From Naegleria gruberi (taxonomy: Eukaryota): a stretch of 64,000 nt of DNA. This document shows positions 41,979 through 53,200 of the stretch, in pieces. The stretch's first letter is position 1. Each line of letters opens with the position of its first letter. The notes under the pieces were generated by a model. That model was not told the DNA's origin, ran no database searches, and was given only the letters and a program-made list of their open reading frames with translations. The translations under genes were made by a program, and so were the position numbers. The stretch lies in NCBI GenBank assembly GCA_000004985.1, contig GG738922.1. One strand, written 5' to 3'.

Positions 41979-44900
41979 TTATTTTTTATCATAAACTTGC
42001 ACAAACTCAGTCTTACTTCTTCCAAAGCATTCAGGAGAATACATTTCTTCCATATAGGTTGAAGGTGCTACAAACGAACCTAAAGTAGTAGCTCTGCAAA
42101 TATAGCTGTAAACATGTGTGCCTTCATATAAAATTCTTGCAAATGCTTCAACTCTTTCATCTCTAATATTTTGATTTTCGAACCATTTGAAATAATGGTT
42201 ATTTGCCAATTCATTTTCGTTACCCCCATTTCCAAAATTAGTGAGCTGTGTATCGATTTCTGGATTGACAACTTCTAAACCTGCTGGCAGTTTATCAACA
42301 AGAGCAACATTATATCTTCTAGTAGGATTACATATTGTAATATTAACTCTGACCAATTCGCCTGACTTCACCTTCCATGTCTTGGTATTCTTATCAAACT
42401 TGACATCGTCAGGATTGGTGATTGCTTCATATACTCTAGAAATTGAGAATCCTCTATCTAAAGATTTGAGAGTAAATTCTTGAGGAGTGTAAGATAGAGC
42501 AATTCTATAATAAAGTCTTCCAGTACCATTCTTTGTCAAGAGGAATGATTTCTTTGAGTCATTTTCATCTGGATTGATGACTTCCTTATTAATATCAGCT
42601 CTTGGAACAAAAGCAGTTACCGGTAATGATGTAATCTTCTTTTCTCTACTTCTTCCTTTCCAAGATTGATTGCCCATAAAGAAAGTCTCCTCTGGCCTTG
42701 TAGAATCAACAAGCCATGTATTAACATTCATATCTGGAACTTCCTTCTCGAATATCTTGAAATAATCGGTGAGGGAAATGAGACAGATAGAGTTTTCTTG
42801 AGTATTATACCAACGACCATATCTATTTGCATTTCTGGCAGCCAACAGGCTTCTTACCAATTTTTGGATAATATCACTACTATCTTCTCTATCAATTTCC
42901 ATTAAACATCCCAAAACAACAGCATCAGTTCTTGTATTTGAATGCAGCATGACCATTTGTGCAAGTTCATTATCTTCATATCTAGTGATAAAGTGTGCAT
43001 AGATACCAGAGTCAATTGTGACATTTTCCTTAAAGTATGACTTGATGGCTTCCAACCATTGATAAACTGAAATCTTTTCATTGATGAATTTTGCAAAGAA
43101 ACCCTTCTTCTCTTCAACTTGTTCCTTCTTACATCTGTGAATAGACATTGCAAGATAAGCAGCAGATTCTGGATTCAATTCTTGAGTCAACTCTGTTAGG
43201 GTATTGTAGTGGTCAAGAATACCTTCACACAAGGAAATTACCTGTTCCTTGTCAGTTTCACTATCAGCTAACAATGAGAGAATATAAAAAGCGTATGCTT
43301 TGATAGTGTCTTTAACAGATCTTGGCCAAATAAATCCAAAGAAGAATAAACTTGAAATATTCTTCAAAATGGATTTTGTTCTGGACAGTATTTGATCTGG
43401 AATTTTGTATCCTTCAGATTTACATTTGGCAAAACAAAAAGCAACATGGCATGTCAAGAATGGATCTCCAATCAAATTATTACTCCAATAAGAGAAGGCA
43501 CCATCATATCTTTGACGCTCAAATAATCTGGCAAGATTGGTATCAATGAAAGTGTCAATCTCTTCTCTTCCAGAAATGTCCATCAATTTTTTGAGTTCCT
43601 CAGGTGTGTAGAATTGCAAAATCATTTCCTTCATGGAAACAATACCTAAAAGCTTTGAGGCAATTTGTTCATTACATTCATATGGATATGAGTAGAGATA
43701 AATGAGAGAATCAGTCAATGTTGAAAGGGCTGTTGTGGAGGTACTAACACTAAATTCACCGAAATGAGCCAAGATATTCTTTGATGGAAGTGAAATTGGT
43801 TGTAATACATTATCATTAGTTTCACTAACATCTCCATAAGTTGCAAAAGCCTCATTAGTTGCTGGAGTGAAAATTTTAAAGTCATTCTTTACAGCATCAG
43901 ACCATCCAACCATTTCGTCAGCAATGCCTTGTTTTTCAGGATTCTTAGCAACAGCTCTAACTACTCTAACTCCAATATTGATAAGAGCCTTACCACATTT
44001 GAGAACTTGAACTGGAATTCTAACTTCTTTTCTTCCTTGAGCTGGAATAACCACTGAAAATCCCTTCTTTCGTTGATTCTTGTTCTTTCCATTGAAAATT
44101 CTGAGATTTGTTACTTGGCAAACGAGTGATAGTGTCAAATCTGAATCTGTTTGATTTTGTAGAATATATGTCAAATCACACAAATCGCCATAATTCAAAA
44201 ATCTTGGAAGGGATGGTCTTACGGCAATAGGTAAATTGGTTGTAATTGCAGAACTACCAATACCAATTAAATCTTCTTTGGCATTCACTACAGCAGTTAC
44301 TTTGAATTTGGTGAGTGCATCAGTCAATTTGAAATCAAGTGTTATAGATCCATTTTCATCCGTTTGAGCGAATCCAATAAATGCAGCATCTGGTTTGAAA
44401 TTATTTCTTATTTGGAATACATCTTTTCTGTCATTCATTGATGGCATTGCACAACCACGACAACCACCACATATAGCACTGCTACTACTGCTACAAGTAC
44501 ATTCACATTCATTACAACTATGTTTTCTACAACAAGAAAACGAAGGAAGGAATAAACAAGCTGCCTTCTTATGAAATCTGACGCTTTGACAAGACATGTC
44601 ACAACATTGATTTTCCAAATCATCTAAAACTTGAATTTGTCGCCCGGACCCGTCATACCCTGCCCTATTTGATAATCTGAGTGATGTTTGAGTTTGCTCC
44701 ATGATTTCTGCATCTCGTTGGTTCTTTCTAGGGTAAAGCCAGTATCTCACGCTCTCCCTGATTGAATCACAATTGAAACTGCACGAATTATTAATTACAA
44801 ATAATGAGAGCGGGTCTTCAATCGAATGATTTGCCATATCCAATACAGCTTGATCACAAACAATCAAACAAACCTCAGAATTTGGTACAGTATTTCCTTG

Positions 44901-47900
44901 CTTATCTTTCACAAGAACAGTGACTGATGTCTCTTTTCCAGGGCTAAGTATAGTATCCTTTGGAGTGACAGTAACATCAAGCTCGTGGGAGCTCTTAGAA
45001 ATTTGAATATCAATAGATCCAGAAGCCTGAGTTGGATTAACTCTTGTCATGTCATCAATATCAACATAGTTCTCCTTACCAACCAATTGTACCTTAACTT
45101 GTATATTTGGTCTATATTCCTTCTTGATTGGAATTGTCAACTCGTACATTCCTACATCACTACTAATATCAAATGTTTCCTGTTTGATTAGCCTATTACA
45201 TAAAATCCAAGCGACTCCTGTACAATCACCACTAAAAGGAGAGACAATATAGACTTTGGCATCCTCTCCAGGTTGGTATTCATCATTTTCAAATTTGTTG
45301 GTAATTAGTTCGATACCAGATGTATTCAGAGATGCATAACCCTTTGATGTTAAATGTTCCCTATAGCCCAATTTACGAATAGGAATACTGCATCTGTTAA
45401 TACCTGATCTGTGCTTTGGTGTTTCATCTTCTTTTACTTCGCACAAAATGGCATACTCTCCATAAGCAGTGTCCTTGTTTTCCTCACTAAGCTTAAATGT
45501 ATGTAAAAGTGGTTGATCTTGTGAAGTGAGTTTGATTTCCTTGATTGGATTTGTGGTTTCCCATTTTTCATAACCCTTCGAATCGTAACCAAACTGAACT
45601 AATTTTACAGATATTGGAACGTCCTTCACCACCTTACCCTTGATATCTGTAACAACAAAGAAACAGTCGATATTTTCATCAGATTTCATAACTACTCTTT
45701 TAGTGCAACGAACTCCAATGTAATATTTGCAAGAGTGGAGAATAACCTCACTAGATGTTCTTTGTGTTTGTCTATTGATGTCCTGAACATTGGCATTGCA
45801 ACTGACACTAATAGGACTAGTTACCAACTTTTCTGGATCCCATAATATTATTGACAGATGATCATCACCATTGGAATCAGTTGTCCCATTAATATTACTG
45901 TAAAGTCTGGTTTTTGATTTTACACTATTTAAAAGTCTATCCAGTTTGTAATTATTTCTAAGATCTGTTTCTTGGAAAATGTAATTACTCCATCCTTCTG
46001 GGGTGAAATTTTTAGAAGTGGTATTGAGAGAATAGTTCACAGTTGAATTAGAGAGGCCTCCTCCACTATAATATTTGGCACTGACCTTATTGATGAACTT
46101 TTCACCAACAAACAAATCAACCTTTTCTGATGAAGGAATAATACTGCTACTGACAGTATATTCTCTAGTTCTAAACTCTTCAACTTTAAAAGTATGATTC
46201 CAGCATACTGTTTGCTGGAATCGTTGACCGTCAAAACTAAATGTGACTGAGTGAGAACCTAAATTAACATTATCTGGTATAACCAAATCCAAAACAAAAG
46301 ATCCATTCGCACTCAATTCAACTTTACCATCCAAGTATTTAACTCTGCTATTGTCGAAAACTTCATAAGTTACCTCTTTCTTACTTATTTGAGTGGTGAT
46401 TGCATAGGTACCATAATTCTCAGAATCCTTGTTAGTGTCGTATATCAAGTTTCTGATGAAACCCTTAATATGTACAGTTTCATTTGGCTTGTATAACCCA
46501 CGATCATTAAAAATGTGAGCAATATTAGTGTCTTGACGAGTTGAGTGAACATAAACGCTTGGATTAGTGTAGACAACTTGATCTGTGTCTTTAGATACAG
46601 CAATGGAAACGTGATGATAACCCTGTATGCATGTAAAATAGGCCATACCCCTTTCATTTGTTTTTTCAGTAACTGATCTAACGTCCATTGTTCTAGTCTC
46701 CTTATCAGGATAATAGTTCTTGGTGTCAAACATTGTTACTTCAGCATTGTCAACAGGTTTTCCCGTTGAGAAATCAGTTACAAATACACCTAATTTTTCT
46801 CCAGCGATACTCACAACATCGACACACAAATTTGAAACTTGCACCCATCTAGCTTGATATCCAGAAAATAATGAGTATAAAATTGATCTTTTTGGTTTGA
46901 AATGTACCAATACACTGCCTGTTTTTCCATTTTGAAGAAATTCTGGCAACATAATCTTGGTAGAAACAGTTCTGTCCTTTACAAAGTTTTCAGTTTGTAC
47001 TTTTTGATCAAAAACTTGCTTTCCAAAACTATGAGGTTTTCTTGGGTTCCAATCAAAATGTGCATAATTATCATAGGAATTAAAGAATGTTTTTGGAGCA
47101 AACTTTGGGTATACACATTCTTTGTACATTTCTATAGGATCAACTTGATTGATAATAACATGAGTTTCTTGAATATTTACAGAATCAAAGTAAAGAAATG
47201 GTTCATTGTTATCAAAAAGGCATGGTGGCATGACACTAAAGGTAGGGAGTGTCATGTTGAATTCCCTATCCTCACCTGAGACTTCGAAAGTGGCTGAATA
47301 ATCACTTTCCATGATTTGGTTATAAATATCTGGAACTCCTTTTAAAATTTTAACACTATATTTCTCCCTAGCGAGAGTATCACCTGCGATTATAATAGTA
47401 TTACCATCAGCTTTTACCTTGTAATTATTAAGGACTGGTTCAAGTTGAACAAATTTTTCAATGCTGTCTACCTTTTCCAAATCAATAGGATTGTTGAATC
47501 TGAATGTAAATGAGCAACCTGGATAAATTTCATTAAAGAAAAAATGTTTCTTTGGATAATGATCAGAAACTACCATTTTGGAATAGCCACGCACACCAGT
47601 GGATGTTTCATGAGTAGATACAAGTGGACCTTCCAAACTCTTGAATCCTGGTCTCAACCAAACACTCAAATATTCTCCTAATCCAATTTTACGATAATTC
47701 TTTCCAGCATGTAAAGTATCGTTTGCAACAAGTAACTTGATCCACATACATCTCTTTGGATCATGAACATTTTTGAGACTTCTGTAATACAAGTTATAAA
47801 CATATGGGAACTTTTTGGAATAATCTGTTTCTGCCAACATTTTGGAAATTATTGAGGTGTCTTCCAATAATTCCACACCAATTTTGTAGCTAGAAACTTT

Positions 47901-48800
47901 CATTTCCAACTTTTCTAAAACACTTTGCTTGTCAATATCTTGATCAAATTGGAAGAACATGAATGGGAGTTGAGAAATTGGAAAGCTGTTACCTGAAGGG
48001 ATACAACTGAGAATTCTAGCTGTTGGTGTCTTAAACGTTGCTGATAAATCATCTCCTAAAGTATGTCCATGCACGGACTTGGTCTTTTCTTTTATAACCT
48101 TGTAGGAAAACTCGGTTGATCTGTCAAATCTGAATCGAGGTTGAAACACTAAAGATTTAGTACCAATCCATTTCCACTTTCCTTCTTTAACATTTTCTGT
48201 TACTGGACTAATTTCAATAAAATCAATCTCTTCAAATGATTTAGTTTCTCCATCAAATTCTTCAATCATGTCATGACTAAATGTAATGGAAATGAATGGC
48301 ACAGATGCAACTTCTGAATTTTGTTTACCAGTTGGCACTGCTCTAACAATTCTAAACTTCTCTTCCTTCTTCTTTTCCAAAGCATTTTGAGCAAGTTGAT
48401 TTCCGATACTATTCACCATTTCATCAACTGCATTCACAGATTTTGGAGGAAATTCAATTTGATTTTTGACTTGGAAAGTACCAGGTTCTGGTGGTTTGAG
48501 AGTTTGTTCTCTGATCAGGTAATTTTCTTGAAGAGATTGTTCTTGATCCTGTTGATCCTTCATCAATTCTCCCAACAAGTTTTCCAAACTCTCCTCATCT
48601 AAATCTTCAATTTTAAATACTGAATCATCAATTATTTTGTTTTCTAGAGAGGCTTGTTCATCATGATCGGATGCAAATTGTTGATCATCATTCTCTCGGA
48701 TCAGAGCAGATACAACATCCTTGCTGTCTCCCTTCTTTACATGGAGAACCAATTGTTGATAATCGAGCAATTCGCTATCAATTTCTTCTTCAATCTTCAT
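41979..48800 (-). CDS. Alpha-2-macroglobulin / thioester-containing protein family member, 2273 aa, acidic N-terminal extension
   Basis: 'LIYLYSYPYECNEQIASKLLG' (about 43655-43690) corresponds to the A2M thioester segment 'PYGCGEQ' and the bacterial 'YPYGCLEQ'. The overall length and beta-rich N-terminal two-thirds fit the family. A Cys-rich bait-like insertion lies at about 44430-44640. Confidence 0.7.
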   Translation of the reverse strand: MKIEEEIDSELLDYQQLVLHVKKGDSKDVVSALIRENDDQQFASDHDEQASLENKIIDDSVFKIEDLDEESLENLLGELMKDQQDQEQSLQENYLIREQTLKPPEPGTFQVKNQIEFPPKSVNAVDEMVNSIGNQLAQNALEKKKEEKFRIVRAVPTGKQNSEVASVPFISITFSHDMIEEFDGETKSFEEIDFIEISPVTENVKEGKWKWIGTKSLVFQPRFRFDRSTEFSYKVIKEKTKSVHGHTLGDDLSATFKTPTARILSCIPSGNSFPISQLPFMFFQFDQDIDKQSVLEKLEMKVSSYKIGVELLEDTSIISKMLAETDYSKKFPYVYNLYYRSLKNVHDPKRCMWIKLLVANDTLHAGKNYRKIGLGEYLSVWLRPGFKSLEGPLVSTHETSTGVRGYSKMVVSDHYPKKHFFFNEIYPGCSFTFRFNNPIDLEKVDSIEKFVQLEPVLNNYKVKADGNTIIIAGDTLAREKYSVKILKGVPDIYNQIMESDYSATFEVSGEDREFNMTLPTFSVMPPCLFDNNEPFLYFDSVNIQETHVIINQVDPIEMYKECVYPKFAPKTFFNSYDNYAHFDWNPRKPHSFGKQVFDQKVQTENFVKDRTVSTKIMLPEFLQNGKTGSVLVHFKPKRSILYSLFSGYQARWVQVSNLCVDVVSIAGEKLGVFVTDFSTGKPVDNAEVTMFDTKNYYPDKETRTMDVRSVTEKTNERGMAYFTCIQGYHHVSIAVSKDTDQVVYTNPSVYVHSTRQDTNIAHIFNDRGLYKPNETVHIKGFIRNLIYDTNKDSENYGTYAITTQISKKEVTYEVFDNSRVKYLDGKVELSANGSFVLDLVIPDNVNLGSHSVTFSFDGQRFQQTVCWNHTFKVEEFRTREYTVSSSIIPSSEKVDLFVGEKFINKVSAKYYSGGGLSNSTVNYSLNTTSKNFTPEGWSNYIFQETDLRNNYKLDRLLNSVKSKTRLYSNINGTTDSNGDDHLSIILWDPEKLVTSPISVSCNANVQDINRQTQRTSSEVILHSCKYYIGVRCTKRVVMKSDENIDCFFVVTDIKGKVVKDVPISVKLVQFGYDSKGYEKWETTNPIKEIKLTSQDQPLLHTFKLSEENKDTAYGEYAILCEVKEDETPKHRSGINRCSIPIRKLGYREHLTSKGYASLNTSGIELITNKFENDEYQPGEDAKVYIVSPFSGDCTGVAWILCNRLIKQETFDISSDVGMYELTIPIKKEYRPNIQVKVQLVGKENYVDIDDMTRVNPTQASGSIDIQISKSSHELDVTVTPKDTILSPGKETSVTVLVKDKQGNTVPNSEVCLIVCDQAVLDMANHSIEDPLSLFVINNSCSFNCDSIRESVRYWLYPRKNQRDAEIMEQTQTSLRLSNRAGYDGSGRQIQVLDDLENQCCDMSCQSVRFHKKAACLFLPSFSCCRKHSCNECECTCSSSSSAICGGCRGCAMPSMNDRKDVFQIRNNFKPDAAFIGFAQTDENGSITLDFKLTDALTKFKVTAVVNAKEDLIGIGSSAITTNLPIAVRPSLPRFLNYGDLCDLTYILQNQTDSDLTLSLVCQVTNLRIFNGKNKNQRKKGFSVVIPAQGRKEVRIPVQVLKCGKALINIGVRVVRAVAKNPEKQGIADEMVGWSDAVKNDFKIFTPATNEAFATYGDVSETNDNVLQPISLPSKNILAHFGEFSVSTSTTALSTLTDSLIYLYSYPYECNEQIASKLLGIVSMKEMILQFYTPEELKKLMDISGREEIDTFIDTNLARLFERQRYDGAFSYWSNNLIGDPFLTCHVAFCFAKCKSEGYKIPDQILSRTKSILKNISSLFFFGFIWPRSVKDTIKAYAFYILSLLADSETDKEQVISLCEGILDHYNTLTELTQELNPESAAYLAMSIHRCKKEQVEEKKGFFAKFINEKISVYQWLEAIKSYFKENVTIDSGIYAHFITRYEDNELAQMVMLHSNTRTDAVVLGCLMEIDREDSSDIIQKLVRSLLAARNANRYGRWYNTQENSICLISLTDYFKIFEKEVPDMNVNTWLVDSTRPEETFFMGNQSWKGRSREKKITSLPVTAFVPRADINKEVINPDENDSKKSFLLTKNGTGRLYYRIALSYTPQEFTLKSLDRGFSISRVYEAITNPDDVKFDKNTKTWKVKSGELVRVNITICNPTRRYNVALVDKLPAGLEVVNPEIDTQLTNFGNGGNENELANNHYFKWFENQNIRDERVEAFARILYEGTHVYSYICRATTLGSFVAPSTYMEEMYSPECFGRSKTEFVQVYDKK

Positions 48801-49202
48801 TTATATAGTTAGTGTTGTTATCTTGATGATCACAACCTGGTCGGGGGTATATTTACAAAGGTGAGAATATTGTTTTTGTTTTTTTTAAAAAGAAAGTTCA
48901 CTGTTTGGTTTTTGTTTGATAGTAAACATGAAGACCTATTATTGATAAGGATGACCAGGCACATGACATCATAATTTACAATGATATCGTGGAACAGTTC
49001 TCAGTTACAATAGTGATAGAATAATAAACAAGTATTGAGTGTGTAAAATGAAGTGAGATTGCAAAGTTTCTCAACAGAGGCAATTCTTCAGACCAATTTG
49101 CAAGATAAAACCTCAATATTTCTACCATCTATAGATTATATCAAATACTTCCAAAGAAACAAAAATCATGCAAAACTATCAAGGACTATATGAGAAAAAA
49201 GC

Positions 49203-49283
49203 TGCAGAAGGTGGGATTTGAACCCACGAAGCTTGCACAGTAGAACTTGAGTCTACCCCCTTTGACCACTCGGGAACCCCTGC
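49203..49283 (-). tRNA. tRNA-Leu (anticodon CAA)
   Basis: Minus-strand GCAGGGGTTCCCGAGTGGTCAAAGGGGGTAGACTCAAGTTCTACTGTGCAAGCTTCGTGGGTTCAAATCCCACCTTCTGCA: long variable arm, CAA anticodon loop CTCAAGT, T-loop TTCAAAT. Confidence 0.8.
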
Positions 49284-49398
49284 TTCACATTAAAAATGAA
49301 AATAAACCAAATTTATCACATTTCGGAATGTTCGGCAAAGCATTTAATGTCAAATAGCTCATTATTTCAAGATTTGAAATGATAAAATAGTTTGATAT

Positions 49399-51059
49399 TT
49401 ATTTGAAACACTTGTTGACAATATTCATAAAGAATCCACCAACTGGAAGAATATAACGAGTAATAATATTATCACCAAGGGTGGTGAGCAAGAGATTTCT
49501 CTTAGTATCAGAGAATGGTGGATATCTGAGATCCAAATCAAGCCAGTACTTCTTCTTCAAGACAGACTTTTGGTGAGTGAAAGTATTGAAAGAGGCATCA
49601 CCATGATAAGCTCCCATACCACTGTGTCCAACACCACCAAATGGAAGATGTTCTTCACCAACTTGGAGAACACATTCATTGATACCAACAGCACCAGATT
49701 GAGTAACCTTCATGATTCTTTCAACCAATTGTTGATTCTTTGAATAAATATACAATGCCAATGGCTTAGATCTTTGATTAATGAATTTCAAACCAGCATC
49801 AAGATCTTTCAAAACGCTTGGATATTCAGTTGATTTAGATTCTCCATAAATAATGATTGGCAAAAGAGGTCCGAAAAGTTCTTCTTGCATGACAATATCA
49901 TTTTCCATATCAGGATTGAGGATCAAGGTTGGTTGTACGTACTTGGCTGATTCATCTGCATTACCACCATAGATAACCTTATCCTTGACTTGATCAATAA
50001 TTGCCTTAAGACGTTTTACATGTGTACCTGTGACAATTCTGGAATAGTCTGGAGATTTGGATGGATCTTCACCATACATTTTAGTGATGGCTTCCTTGAG
50101 GGCTGGAATGAATTTGTCAGCAATTCTACCATCCAACAAGACATAATCTGGAGCAACACAAGTTTGTCCATTATTGAATGTCTTACCCCAGGCAATTCTG
50201 TTGGCAGCAACTGAAATATCAATATCCTTGTCAATAATGAGTGGTGATTTACCTCCAAGTTCTATTAAATATTATCCACAATTCCAATAATTTAAATCAT
50301 TTGTTATTGAAATTTGCATTATGTGTGATAGTTCATTAATATCAACTTTGATCAACTAAACTTACCCAAAGTTACAGGAGTCAAATGTTCAGCAGCAGCA
50401 CGCATAACAATCTTTCCGACTCTAATGCTGCCAGTGTAGAAAATGTGATCATATGGTTCCTTCAACAAGTTGGTTGTCACAGTTGCATCACCTTCAATGA
50501 CACGAACATATTTCTCATCAAAATATTTAGGAATTAGTTTAGCAAAGGTAGAGGAAACATTTGGAGAAACTTCGGAAGGTTTCAAAATAACCAAATTACC
50601 AGCTGCCAAAGCACCAGAAAGTGGAATAGCCAACAAACTGATTGGATAATTCCATGGAGCAATAATCAGAACAACACCCAAAGGTTCCTTTCTAATAAAG
50701 CCTTCTGAAGGAAGATTGGCAGGATTGACAATATTAACATATTCATCCTTCATCAATCTCTTCAAATCACCCTTCAAGAATTGAGCAGATCCCACAGACA
50801 AACCAACTTCAATGGTTTTTAATGGTTCTGTTTGTCCCAAATCCTTGACTTGAGCTTCCTTCCAATCCTCCTTATTTTCCTCGAACATGGCAATAAACTT
50901 GTCCAATTGTTCTTCTCTCCATTCACGATCTCTAGTGATACCAGTTTGAAAAGTAGCCTTCATTGATTCAACCAATTCGGCATATGGTCTATCACTCTTA
51001 TCATCAACAATAACATTGTTTTGTTCCTTGTTTTGAAACACTGCAGATCCTCCGATCAT
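49399..51059 (-). CDS. Aldehyde dehydrogenase, ALDH3 / fatty-aldehyde dehydrogenase type, 2 exons: join(complement 50366..51059, 49399..50260)
   Basis: Exon 1 ends 'AAAEHLTPVTL' and exon 2 begins 'ELGGKSPLIIDKD...NGQTCVAPDY', rebuilding the invariant 'PVTLELGGKSP'. The 105-nt intron 50261..50365 runs GTAAGTTTAG...TTTAATAG in phase 1. Downstream 'EELFGPLLPI' and 'PFGGVGHSGMGAYHG' match ALDH3A2. Confidence 0.85.
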
Positions 51060-52003
51060 CTCTCTGTTATTTAATTATCTAGTCGTAAAATAAAAATTAA
51101 TTGAAAACTGTGGTGCACAACAATCGAGAGTCTCGTTGTATGGTTGTTTGTTGAGGTTTTTTTTAGTTGTTGATTCTTTTTGTGGCCCTCTCGTTAACTT
51201 CATTAATAAATCAAATTTGCGCGGAGAACTTTGAGAATTGTCCCTTAAAAAAATTCCTTGTTTACTGGCGCTTAGTTGTCCTCCTCTCACACCATCATCC
51301 ACAACCACCATTCGTTCCGAAACACGCTACTAAAGAAGATCGTTGCATTGTATACAGAGAAAAATGTCGTAAATTGTGTATGCTCGGTTAAGGAGTGCAA
51401 GACGACAATAATGCGAGCTTGAGGATGAAAAAATCCATTTCCTGATTGAATTTTGAAGTTGGTGGGTTATTTGGAAATGTGGTTAGCCTGGGATGGAATG
51501 TTTAGGGAGAAGTTTGATAGGTTGGTTGTGGAAGGCAAATTGATTTTCGGAATGATGATGATATGAACGGCAAAAGAGGAAGTACATGGTTAGTTTGTCA
51601 TGTATTTTGGTATATGAAAGGTTCAAGATAGTGGCTTGTCATCAATGTGCACCTTAGAAACAATGTTTTTTACATTCATCTACAGTTTCTTCCAAAATAA
51701 TTGTGACCAATTTGAATTCACAAGTGAGCTTTTTGGATGGTTTACTGTATGCCGAATCCTCAAGATAATCCTATTACCAAGTTGCAACACACTGTAATCA
51801 TTAATGTGCCCATCCCCTAGTCCGCATCTCCCAAATAACCAATCAACAAATTTCACACTCCTCACAATTACGAACTGAAACCTCTCTTACAAAATATTCG
51901 CGAGAAATTATCGCTTGTTGTAAACGCCAAAAGTCGGAGCCTTCAATAGCAGTTCACAACATACTTCACACAACGAATACCATCAAACCAACCACACAAA
52001 AAA

Positions 52004-53123
52004 ATGAACAAATTAATTACCCTCTTTGCGGTTGTCTTTTTGGCAGCTGTCACTTTTGCTGGTCGTATTGAACTTAGAGGACCAAACAAATCCTCTCCAT
52101 TGACCAAATTGAACAAGTATAACATTGCTCAAGATTCTGTTTCCGTTAGTGGTGTTTCTGGTAGGTTTTCGATTTGTTGTTTATGATTTTTAACATTAAA
52201 AGCTGGTGGTTTCTTTGCTGTTCAATTCCAAGTTGCCTACAGTAAATCATTGGTTGGTGCTGGTATCTTTGCTGGTAAGTTTTTTTAAACACAATAGAAT
52301 GATGATTTAACACAATTCTAAAGCTGGTCCATATTACTGTGCTCAAGGAAGTTTGATGACTGCTGAAGAACAATGTATGGCTGGATTTGCTAATGTTGAT
52401 TTGAATACTATTCAATCTACTATTACTCAATATCAATCACAAGGTTTGATTGATAGCACTTCTAACTTGGCTCGTCACAAGGTATTCCTCTACTCTGGAA
52501 CCTTTGATTACACTGTTAAACAATCAGTTGTTCAACAATTGGCTACTCAATATCAACAATTGGGTATTCCACAAAAGAATATTGTTACTAATTTCACTGT
52601 TGCTTCTGGTCACGCCTGGATCACCAATAATTATGGTAGTTTGTGTTATTTGACTATGACTCCTTATATTAATAATTGTAATTTGGATGGTGCCTATCAA
52701 GTTTTGAACACAATTTACGGATATATCAAACCAAAGAAGGAAGCTATTGCTGCTAACTTGATTACTTTCGAACAAACTGGTAACTTCTCTGCCAATTACA
52801 TGACTGGTAATGGCTATGTCTATGTTCCTTCATCATGTCAAAGAGGTGTCTCTTGCCGTTTGCATGTTGTTTTCCATGGTTGTGAACAAGGAGCTTCTAT
52901 TCTCGGAACTACCTTTGTTGAAAATATTGGAATGAATGAATATGCTGAAAGTAACAATATCATTATGGTTTATCCACAAGTCACTACTGGACTCCTTAAC
53001 GAAGCTGGTTGTTTCGATTGGATTAACTTCTCTTACACTGATAGTAATTATGCCAATAAGCAAGGTGGACAAATGAAGGCTGTTGCCAATATTTTGGCTG
53101 CTCTCGGTGCTAAGGTTTACTAA
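52004..53123 (+). CDS. Secreted PHB-depolymerase-family esterase, 3 exons: join(52004..52160,52203..52274,52324..53123)
   Basis: Signal peptide 'MNKLITLFAVVFLAAVTFA'. Introns 52161..52202 (GTAGGT...AAAAG, 42 nt) and 52275..52323 (GTAAGT...CTAAAG, 49 nt) restore the frame to 'AGGFFAVQFQVAYSKSLVGAGIFAGGPYYCAQGS...'. 'LHVVFHGCEQ' matches the esterase_PHB 'LHGCxQ' signature. Confidence 0.7.
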
Positions 53124-53200
53124 ATTATTTCAAATTCATGAAATGAAAAATAAACTAATCCTATATTGTGGAGCCATTAATAGCAAGATTTTGTGTCTTT

